Shown here one piece after another: positions 16,648 through 23,560 of a stretch of DNA of 38,361 nt. Origin of the DNA: a virus. The notes below the pieces were generated by a model. That model saw only the letters and a list, made by a program, of their open reading frames with translations, was not told the origin of the DNA and did not search any database. The position numbers and the translations under genes were made by a program. The stretch is from the IMG/VR virus record IMGVR_UViG_3300010236_000004, positions 1-38,361 of that record; one strand, written 5' to 3'. The stretch's first letter is position 1; the number at the start of each line of letters is the position of its first letter.

Positions 16648-17365
16648 TTTTTAAAGCGTTCTGGCAGTGCGTCAACTGCTTTCTTGTGAAAGTTTTTATG
16701 CTCCTTTGCTTCCTTTTCGCTTAATAGCCGCGATTTCGGTTTGGCAGTTAAATCCTTCAACGGTGGCATTTGCCTGGTCTTTATAAGCGCAGCCGTATGC
16801 CATGCCAGCCAGGCGCGTTCTTTATGTTCATAATCAAGGCGCCAGTTTGTCGCATGGATGGTAGCGTTTACCTCCCAGGGCGTCATATCCCAGTATTCGA
16901 GTGCGCTGATACCTGCTTTGAGCGCTTCATCCAGGAGCACATCCCACTTATTACGTGGATCCTTCTTTTTGTGCTCCTGGTTTATGCGTTTTTTTCTTCG
17001 GACTCCTCTTTCGGCATCCCGTAAGAGAGCACAGACGTCACAGCAGGGCCGATCGCATCCGCAGTCGGTGTGATACCAACCATCTCGATCACATCACAGG
17101 CGTCATCATAACTGATCGGGCCGCCTTCTGATTTAGTCGCACGCCTTTCAGCTTCTAATCCAGCCTGAAGCAGCAGCGCCATTTCCCGCACGCCTGATTG
17201 TCCGGTAGCAAAGCCACGGACCGCCATGCCGACGCTTTTTCCCATCCGTGTCTCAGCATCCGCCAAAGCACGGATTGTGAACAACGCTTTATAGGTTTCG
17301 ACGACGTTCCCCTCAGCGTCCTTCGCTTCCAGGATCGCTTCTTTCCGAGCACCCAGCATCGCCAT
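16623..17365 (-). CDS. Tail assembly chaperone G-T fusion, produced by -1 programmed frameshifting at 16988-16994.
   Basis: The -1 frame is open with no stops from upstream of the G stop through track ORF 16623..16940. The slippery heptamer sits 3 nt (one GCA codon) before the G stop codon. Confidence 0.7.
16982..17365 (-). CDS. Tail assembly chaperone (gpG-like / GTA-type family).
   Basis: 127 aa, between the major tail protein and tape measure genes. ATGA-type overlap with the major tail protein gene stop. Confidence 0.7.
   Translation of the reverse strand: MAMLGARKEAILEAKDAEGNVVETYKALFTIRALADAETRMGKSVGMAVRGFATGQSGVREMALLLQAGLEAERRATKSEGGPISYDDACDVIEMVGITPTADAIGPAVTSVLSYGMPKEESEEKNA
16988..16994 (-). 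promoter_or_regulatory. -1 ribosomal frameshift slippery heptamer A_AAA_AAC.
   Basis: The minus strand reads GAA GAA AAA AAC GCA TAA in the G frame. The X_XXY_YYZ pattern A_AAA_AAC is in the correct phase and shifting -1 enters the T-like frame. Confidence 0.7.
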
Positions 17366-17766
17366 TAGCTGGTCTCCTTAGTCCATCCGCCGCTGATTGT
17401 CAGCGAACATGAGACCGTAGCTTCACCCTGGTCGGGGTAGCGCTCTGAAAGGCTTGTCACCAGTGCGTCGGCTGTTTCGATGGTTACATCGTCGATCTGT
17501 TTGGCAACCAGGATCAGTATGCCATTTCGCATGGCGTCTTTCAGTGCCTCGTATCCTGCGTCGGATGAGACATACAGATGATCCAGGGTCACTCCAGCCG
17601 AATAACGTCCGGCAATGACCGCCTGTTCTCGTGCTGACTTGTTGGAAACATCGATCTCAGCGGTGCTTTCCTCGAAAGTCACGTCCCGCTGCGAGCCAAC
17701 GGCCGTATAAGATGGGACGCCGGGTGTGCCGGTATTCACCAGCAAAAGTACATCAGTTCCATTCAT
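17365..17766 (-). CDS. Major tail (tube) protein.
   Basis: 133 aa. MNGTDVLLLVNTGTPGVPSYTAVGSQRDVTFEESTAEIDVSNK... follows the TP901-1/phi13-type major tail protein pattern. Canonical position before G/GT and the tape measure gene. Confidence 0.85.
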   Translation of the reverse strand: MNGTDVLLLVNTGTPGVPSYTAVGSQRDVTFEESTAEIDVSNKSAREQAVIAGRYSAGVTLDHLYVSSDAGYEALKDAMRNGILILVAKQIDDVTIETADALVTSLSERYPDQGEATVSCSLTISGGWTKETS

Positions 17767-17843
17767 GAGTAAAACCTCCTAAATAAATATTGTCATTGCA
17801 AGCTGAGCGGCCAAAAGCCACATCAGCGCAGTGCCAAGCGCCA

Positions 17844-18263
17844 TCAGGCGCTGGTCTCCGCCACCACTTGCAATGTGATGATCCGCCCATATGCATCCGC
17901 TTCATCAGCAGAGATCGGGCCAAAACACAACGACCACATCCAGGCATGGTCGTCAATCGCGAGCTCCACGCGGTGTAGGAGCGTGCGAACACGCTCGCTA
18001 ATCGCTTCGATGTCAACAGAGCTGCCTGTCGCTCCCGTATAACATCGGACGTCAACCCTCGCATTTCTCCCGCGAGTGGTCTTTGTATCAAACGGCGCCT
18101 GGTCGAGAATCGGGCTTATCACAATGTAAGGCAGCGATGCCCCTTCCGGCGCCGGATCAACCGTAAAAATAGCGGGTTCGCCTTTATACGTCGAAAGCAT
18201 AGCCGTCAACGTGGCATCCCCTGATAATTTTGCACGAATCGCTTTCAAGAACATCTGTGACAC
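17844..18263 (-). CDS. DUF3168-type tail completion / tail terminator protein (HK97 gp11-like).
   Basis: N-terminal pattern IRAKLSGDATLTAMLS...PYIVIS, at a typical size and position just upstream of the major tail protein gene. Confidence 0.65.
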   Translation of the reverse strand: MSQMFLKAIRAKLSGDATLTAMLSTYKGEPAIFTVDPAPEGASLPYIVISPILDQAPFDTKTTRGRNARVDVRCYTGATGSSVDIEAISERVRTLLHRVELAIDDHAWMWSLCFGPISADEADAYGRIITLQVVAETSA

Positions 18264-18269
18264 TCCAAT

Positions 18270-19085
18270 TTAGATTGCTTCCCATAAAGCAGGTGTATTT
18301 GGGGGTTCCCAGCCCACCTGGGCCGTGTGCGCCTGCAAGCATCTGTAATGTTTTTCATTGTGTGTCACCTCGTCGCCCACACTGTAAGAAACCCCATCCT
18401 CCCACACATCGCTTTCTCCCGCGGTTAGATTTTTCCAACCCGTCACATCCGGCGCCCAAACATTGGCATCAATTGTTGATTCGTAAATGTTTCCGTTGTA
18501 CTCAACTCTAGCACCAAGAGGGTAGGCGTCATGTGCACCCGTTGGCTGTACCCACGGCCAGGGATCGTCGCTTGGCTCATAAAACCGCTTCCACAACGAC
18601 CTTGTAACGGGCGGCGTCCAGTCGGATTGCGTCGTATGTGCTTGAATAACCTCGTAGAGATTCTTGTCGTACATGTAGATGTCGCCGACCTCGACAAAAA
18701 CCTGCGCTGCCCACTCGGGATAGGAGACAACCTCCTTCAGCTTGTTTACAACGGAGGCCGGGTTTAAGTCTTGCATGGCATAGTCAGCCACATCAGAGTG
18801 GAATTTCTTTTGCAGCCTAACCTTCACTTTATCCGCCTCAGATTCAAACATTCCAGATATTTCTCGCAGTCTGGATACCTTTTCGTAATCCTTTGATAGC
18901 GTATCAAGAACCTGCTCTATGCTTTCCGTTTCGTCATCGCCAATCAATTCGCTGAGTGAAACTCTTTTGATTTTGACCCCGTAGAATTTTTTGCCGACCT
19001 CTATAGTCGGGTCCGCCTGGATGATGTACTCGACAAATTGGCCAAATTCTGGAATCTCATCATAAATTATTTTTGGCATAGTCAC
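18270..19085 (-). CDS. Protein with three CBM5/12 (ChtBD3-like) carbohydrate-binding repeats.
   Basis: Three aromatic repeats: GDIYMYDKNLYEVIQAHTTQSDWTPPVTRSLW, GARVEYNGNIYESTIDANVWAPDVTGW and GDEVTHNEKHYRCLQAHTAQVGWEPPNTPALW. Confidence 0.65.
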   Translation of the reverse strand: MTMPKIIYDEIPEFGQFVEYIIQADPTIEVGKKFYGVKIKRVSLSELIGDDETESIEQVLDTLSKDYEKVSRLREISGMFESEADKVKVRLQKKFHSDVADYAMQDLNPASVVNKLKEVVSYPEWAAQVFVEVGDIYMYDKNLYEVIQAHTTQSDWTPPVTRSLWKRFYEPSDDPWPWVQPTGAHDAYPLGARVEYNGNIYESTIDANVWAPDVTGWKNLTAGESDVWEDGVSYSVGDEVTHNEKHYRCLQAHTAQVGWEPPNTPALWEAI

Positions 19086-20106
19086 CTATCCTTTCTTTTG
19101 CATAACCTACGCTTACTAATGGCTTGATATGTTTGTTGTAAAAATTAAAACTGTCGCTTCTTTTGATCCACCCCCAATAAGATACTATTGCGCAGGCGTC
19201 TCTATAGGACAGATGTGGCTTACTTGCAATTTTCTTTACCCTTCTTCTGATTCTCAATGCATTCCGTTTTCTGAGGATGGTTTTATCTCTAAAAAACCTA
19301 AAACCGAGAAAGTCAATGCCCCTTTTGTCGACCATAAACACCTGCCAGTTGCCTTTCAGGGTAAGATTGATACTGTCTAGATATTCCCGGATCCTCTGTC
19401 TGGCAGCATGGAGTTTTCTCTTGTTGCCTCCAAGTAAGACGAGATCGTCTACATACCGTATGTAATACCTGATTCCAAGCTGTTCTTTTATAAAGTGATC
19501 AAGTCCTTCCAGAAAAAAATTAGAAAACCACTGGCTTGTATAGTTTCCGATAGGAAGCCCCTTGTCAGAGCTCTCTACAATCGTGTCGATCAACCAAAGG
19601 CAATCACCATCCTTTATCTTTCTCCGAAACATATCTTTCAATATCTCTTTATCGATCGATGGGTAGAATTTCGTAATATCCATCTTCAAACAATACTTTG
19701 TTCCTCTATAGTCATTATCCAGCCATCTACGAAGCGCCTTTTGCCCAAAGCTCGTACCCCTTCCTGGTATACTGCCGCACGAATATCTATACATGCCTCG
19801 CATAATGATCTTCTCGATCTGCAGCATCAATGCCCAGTGAATGACCTGATCCGGATAAAATTTCGGAATGTGTATCAATCGCTCCTTTTTATTTGCGCCG
19901 TCGTAGATCTTCCTGGTTTTATATGGGCTGGGATTATATGATTTGTTAATGAGCATTTCAGAAATATTCTCAGCGTACAAATCTGCGTTTCCCAGTGTTT
20001 TAGCCACAAAATGTTTATGGCGTTTTCCAAGAGAGGCCTTATAGATGGCCGTCTTTACGTTTTCTGTGTCGCATATTTTTTCGTAAATATATCCTTCTCT
20101 TTTCAT
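19060..20106 (-). CDS. DGR-type reverse transcriptase.
   Basis: YVDD box (IRYVDDLVLLG) and the DGR-diagnostic LPIGNYTSQWFSNFFL ([LI]GxxxSQ) motif. 348 aa, directly downstream of the TR. Visibly AT-richer than its surroundings. Confidence 0.9.
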   Translation of the reverse strand: MKREGYIYEKICDTENVKTAIYKASLGKRHKHFVAKTLGNADLYAENISEMLINKSYNPSPYKTRKIYDGANKKERLIHIPKFYPDQVIHWALMLQIEKIIMRGMYRYSCGSIPGRGTSFGQKALRRWLDNDYRGTKYCLKMDITKFYPSIDKEILKDMFRRKIKDGDCLWLIDTIVESSDKGLPIGNYTSQWFSNFFLEGLDHFIKEQLGIRYYIRYVDDLVLLGGNKRKLHAARQRIREYLDSINLTLKGNWQVFMVDKRGIDFLGFRFFRDKTILRKRNALRIRRRVKKIASKPHLSYRDACAIVSYWGWIKRSDSFNFYNKHIKPLVSVGYAKERIGDYAKNNL

Positions 20107-20242
20107 CTTTCAACCTTCTTATTAGCCTCAGGGTGTTTCGAGAGTAAACCTACTAAACCCTGCTCTGTCGGCCTAATTTTCACCAAGTGGTGAGGAATAT
20201 GAAGTGCTGATAATTTCATGTCTATCTTTCTAATAAGAGTCA

Positions 20243-20344
20243 GCGCCCCGATGTTCACGTTCGTGTTCGACGAAGTGTTGTTCAAGTTCCAGTTCGACAA
20301 GCCAGCGTTCGACCCGTTGTTCCAGTTCCCGCCAACCTGGGCAA
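20243..20344 (-). repeat. DGR template repeat (TR).
   Basis: Non-coding copy. In the VR frame it reads AQVGGNWNNGSNAGLSNWNLNNTSSNTNVNIGA, with 11 AAC codons and 26 adenines. Confidence 0.9.
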
Positions 20345-20377
20345 GCACGCACTCCATATCCCTAAACATTCCTAACT

Positions 20378-20392
20378 GGGGGTGATCCCCCC
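20378..20392 (-). other. GC hairpin just downstream of the VR / target stop codon.
   Basis: The minus strand reads GGGGG(G)-AUCA-CCCCC about 11 nt after the TAG at 20403-20405. Confidence 0.4.
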
Positions 20393-20402
20393 GTCCCCCC
20401 TA

Positions 20403-22115
20403 CTAAAGAGCTTTTTTAAGAAGCCGCGCCCCGAGGCTCACGTGCGCGCTCGACGAAGCGTCGCGCAAGTTCCAGTACGACAAGCCAGCGTACGACCCGC
20501 TGCGCCAGCTCCCGCCAACCAGGGCAACTCTCTGCCCGGTGGCTTGATAGTAGTAATCGCTGTAATACTTATTATTTTCGCCTCCTATAATTGATGTTGG
20601 GAACGCCGCAAACGGGTTATCGGAATCAAACCCCATTTCGCTTATATAACCGTCGGCGTTTCCATTAATATACGACAACTCTTCGTATGGCGAGGCAAAC
20701 AGGTTGCTGGCGTAATCATTAGCGTCCCTGCATATCCAGGCTCTTAAATCGTTAATATTGACCCCATCCACAAACTGGAAGATGTCCCCGTACAAACTTT
20801 CGATGCCTCGGTAGCTAAACGAGTGTTTCCCGTCAGAATTGCTTGATATGCTACCGCTGGAAGCCGCAACCTTAGAACTGAAGCCCGTTTTCATGGCGGT
20901 GTTGTAAAGAATATCGCCAATAAATAACTCAACCGCATCGCCATCGAACGTAATGGTTGTACTTCCGGAGGATGGTGTATCTGCATCAATCGCTGTAATT
21001 GTTCTCCCATAAAAACGCTGGTTGCCGCCCAGGGTAGTGCCTACAGATATCGCCTGACCCACTTTGTAATTGGCGCCCACTGCATTTGAAACGACCAATG
21101 TGTTTCCAGCAGGGCTTGTGTCTGCGGTCAACAGGTCGGTATCTGTGTATCGACCATCCGCATAACCTCTCATAATGCTCTGAGAATTGAGCGTTGCAAA
21201 CTCGATATAGAAGAGCGTCGTCAGTGCATCGTAAGTATGGATGTCCATCTGTTGATACCCCAACAGCCCCCCAGTATTGTTGGCTTCTGCGGCGGTACGG
21301 AAATCTACGATGTTTGTATTGACTGTTGGGTAGACATCAGGAATAGACTGCAGCACACCGGCATCCACGTAGCCCAGATGTTTACCAACGTAGATGTAGG
21401 GAAGCTCCTCTTCGTTTTCGTAATCATAGAAACAAGCGGGCAAATAATAGCCCGCTCCCTGCACGTTCGAGATCTGCCAGGTTCTGGTAACTGCACTCTT
21501 TGTCTTTTTGATGTAGAATTTTGGTATTCTGACGAATGCATTACCAAGAACATCTTCTACCTCAATGATGTCCTTGTAAATTTCCGCTGTGTCAAAGTCA
21601 TTTGTTACAACAGAGCCGTCTACACCTGCTTCTGCCGTAAAACCCACAGAGTCGTCTGTGCGGGTCAACGTAGGTGAATCGCTCAAGTCCCAGGACACAC
21701 CATACACGATGGCAGTCTCTGCCTCTTCTGTCCAGCCATCATTTATAGTGAGAGAGCAAGTCACCGTGGCCTCTCCTTGGTCTGGATTGCGCTCAGAAAG
21801 ACTGGTAACCAGTGCGTTGGCTGTCTCGGTCGTCACATCGTCAACCTGCTTTGCGACAAGGATCAGCTCCTCGTTACGCATTGCATCCTTTAATGCCTCG
21901 TAACCTGCATCGGACTCGACATAAAGATTATCGAGTGTCAAGTTTGCCGAGTAGCGACCCGCGCCAACCGTCTGTTCACGTGCATTTTTGCTGGACAAGT
22001 CAATCTCTGCTGTAGACTCCTCAAAGCTTACATCTCTTTGTGAACCAACAGCAGTATAAATCGGTATAGTTGGTGTTCCTGTGTTCACTAGCAAGATAAC
22101 AGTTGTTCCATTCAT
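20403..22115 (-). CDS. DGR target: major-tail-protein paralog (aa 1-133) fused to a C-terminal extension of about 440 aa ending in a C-type-lectin-like variable region.
   Basis: The N-terminus MNGTTVILLVNTGTPTIPIYTAVGSQRDVSFEESTAEIDLSSK... aligns without gaps to the 133-aa major tail protein (106/133 identical). The C-terminus GGSWxxGxxAGxxxWNL...GAR is a typical DGR VR scaffold. Confidence 0.85.
   Translation of the reverse strand: MNGTTVILLVNTGTPTIPIYTAVGSQRDVSFEESTAEIDLSSKNAREQTVGAGRYSANLTLDNLYVESDAGYEALKDAMRNEELILVAKQVDDVTTETANALVTSLSERNPDQGEATVTCSLTINDGWTEEAETAIVYGVSWDLSDSPTLTRTDDSVGFTAEAGVDGSVVTNDFDTAEIYKDIIEVEDVLGNAFVRIPKFYIKKTKSAVTRTWQISNVQGAGYYLPACFYDYENEEELPYIYVGKHLGYVDAGVLQSIPDVYPTVNTNIVDFRTAAEANNTGGLLGYQQMDIHTYDALTTLFYIEFATLNSQSIMRGYADGRYTDTDLLTADTSPAGNTLVVSNAVGANYKVGQAISVGTTLGGNQRFYGRTITAIDADTPSSGSTTITFDGDAVELFIGDILYNTAMKTGFSSKVAASSGSISSNSDGKHSFSYRGIESLYGDIFQFVDGVNINDLRAWICRDANDYASNLFASPYEELSYINGNADGYISEMGFDSDNPFAAFPTSIIGGENNKYYSDYYYQATGQRVALVGGSWRSGSYAGLSYWNLRDASSSAHVSLGARLLKKAL
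20426..20527 (-). repeat. DGR variable repeat (VR), covering codons about 530-563 of the target gene.
   Basis: Constant offset of 183 nt to the TR with no indels. 16 substitutions, every one opposite a TR adenine. Encodes ALVGGSWRSGSYAGLSYWNLRDASSSAHVSLGA. Confidence 0.9.
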
Positions 22116-22135
22116 GTTAAGCCTCCTAAATTAAT

Positions 22136-22525
22136 TTAATTGCCTGCTCCCAGTAATAGCTGGATAATGTCCCTGGCGTTCTGGAGGACTGCAGGGCGCA
22201 AAAACGGGTGTGCAGGGGCAGTTGATGACCCTGTCTCAATATAAAAGCCGTGGCGGCGCTGTCCGTCCTTTCCGATCTTCATCCCAACCGCTATCACAAA
22301 GGATTTTTTGTCTGTCCGCTCAATCGCATGCGTAAGGATATACTTCGACAAATACCAGCGATAGTTCTTGTCTCGTGCTGTGTCCGGCGTGGTGATCGCA
22401 TCCAGCCGACGCCTGGCATCATCCTCGATGAACTTTGCAGTCGCAGGAGCATGCCCCATAAGCTGGTCAACCACATTCTCTATGACCTTGTCCTTATTCC
22501 ATTTGGTAAATTCGACGTTATTCAT
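22136..22525 (-). CDS. HK97 gp10-family tail-attachment protein.
   Basis: HGFYIETGSSTAPAHPFLRPA is the family hallmark. ATG at 22525 forms an ATGA overlap with the upstream stop. Confidence 0.8.
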   Translation of the reverse strand: MNNVEFTKWNKDKVIENVVDQLMGHAPATAKFIEDDARRRLDAITTPDTARDKNYRWYLSKYILTHAIERTDKKSFVIAVGMKIGKDGQRRHGFYIETGSSTAPAHPFLRPAVLQNARDIIQLLLGAGN

Positions 22526-22854
22526 GTTGTAGATTCCACCTGTCTCTCCAAACAATCCACCTCATAATGATGGCCCGCCTCTGAAGGTTCCCGTATGCCC
22601 AAAACTTCAACGACCAGCGTGCCTGTGGTCACACGATCACCCCTGGCGATATCCTCATCCGCTAACACATACAGCACATGCGAGACATCACGCCCTTCCT
22701 GAGCAGCCAATTCACGCTCTTGCGTAGAAGCTGGTCGAATCCTTCCTTCGGCAGTACCAAGTGAAGAATAGCCAATCGTAAAACCGCCCTGACCGTCGCT
22801 TGTCCGGGTCCGGCGTTCAATCGTGAAAATATTGTTAAACAATGATCCAATCAT
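22522..22854 (-). CDS. Head closure / head-tail joining protein.
   Basis: 110 aa. FTIERRTRTSDGQGG...AEGRIRPASTQE...VSHVLYV fits the head-closure family pattern. Located between the adaptor and gp10-like genes. Confidence 0.65.
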   Translation of the reverse strand: MIGSLFNNIFTIERRTRTSDGQGGFTIGYSSLGTAEGRIRPASTQERELAAQEGRDVSHVLYVLADEDIARGDRVTTGTLVVEVLGIREPSEAGHHYEVDCLERQVESTT

Positions 22855-22858
22855 TTCA

Positions 22859-23473
22859 TTACTGCCTTATGTAGCGATAACGATCGAGAATGTCTTTTTC
22901 ACTCAACAGCAGCACCCGTGCAGCAGACGCCCCCATCACGCCTTCACCCACGCCGCCGCTGTGCTCTGATCCATAGCTAACCGAGTAATCACCAAGGCTC
23001 AATGCAGCCACCCCTGTGATTCCATCATGCTCTTTGGCTCTCAATCCCGCCTGGTACACCCTCGCAGCCGACCGTGTCGCAACGTCCGCAATGTCCGCAG
23101 GGATGGTTGCATAACCGTGGGTATAGGTAACTGTGATTTTCTGCACGCCGCTCAGCCAGTCCTGCCCAACCCTGTGAAGGATGCCGTACTGCCCCAATAT
23201 GTAATCGTCCGTCACTGTCAGGGTTTCGTCATCCTCAACAACGCTGGCAACCGACACCACTGGCAGCTCTGGCAAAAACAGCATATCCCCGCCGTCGCTA
23301 TCCAGCGTGATTTCATCATCTTCCACCAGCTCAATTTCCTGCTGGCAGTAATTCTTGATTGCCTCAGTCACAGCACTAATCGCACGCTCACACGATGCCC
23401 GGTTGTCAGCATCATCCATGATCGACAGATTCAGTAACTCTTCAACTTCTTGTACCGTGCAAAAATCAGCCAC
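22859..23473 (-). CDS. Head-tail adaptor (gp6-like connector).
   Basis: FCTVQEVEELLNLSIMDDADNRASCERAISAVTEAIKNYC resembles gp6-like connectors. I prefer the GTG at 23473 (8 nt after AGGAGG) to the track start at 23482, which abuts the SD. Confidence 0.65.
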   Translation of the reverse strand: MADFCTVQEVEELLNLSIMDDADNRASCERAISAVTEAIKNYCQQEIELVEDDEITLDSDGGDMLFLPELPVVSVASVVEDDETLTVTDDYILGQYGILHRVGQDWLSGVQKITVTYTHGYATIPADIADVATRSAARVYQAGLRAKEHDGITGVAALSLGDYSVSYGSEHSGGVGEGVMGASAARVLLLSEKDILDRYRYIRQ

Positions 23474-23560
23474 GAGGTTCACCTCCTTTGTGAACCGAAG
23501 CCCCCGAAGGGAGCATCAGCGACCGGAGCGGGGCAACTATCCCCTATCCCCGGTCATTTC
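23467..23560 (-). repeat. Copy 2 of the 94-bp conserved structured leader, upstream of and including the start of the adaptor gene.
   Basis: See copy 1 (16554-16647). GGUUCAC / GUGAACC forms a 7-bp stem that presents AAAGGAG in its loop. Confidence 0.8.

Larger units (their letters stand above)
19060..20527 (-). mobile_element. Diversity-generating retroelement core: VR, hairpin, TR, spacer, RT.
   Basis: The 102-bp TR/VR pair differs at 16 positions, all at TR adenines. An RT gene is adjacent and the VR lies at the 3' end of the upstream CDS. Confidence 0.9.

Noticed and set aside
20103-20369. 88-aa ORF between the DGR target and the RT, a potential accessory (Avd-like) gene.
   Set aside because: Its N-terminal half is simply the TR read in the VR frame (AQVGGNWNNGSNAGLSNWNLNN...). 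The remainder is the TR-RT spacer. It has no SD and is not a basic helical protein, so I treat it as non-coding DGR RNA.
20378-20400. A GGGGGACGGGG motif shared by the regions just after the DGR-target stop and just after the capsid stop (26581-26597).
   Set aside because: Only 11 nt are identical, which is well within chance expectation. I note it only as a possible common stem-loop style and do not call it a repeat family.
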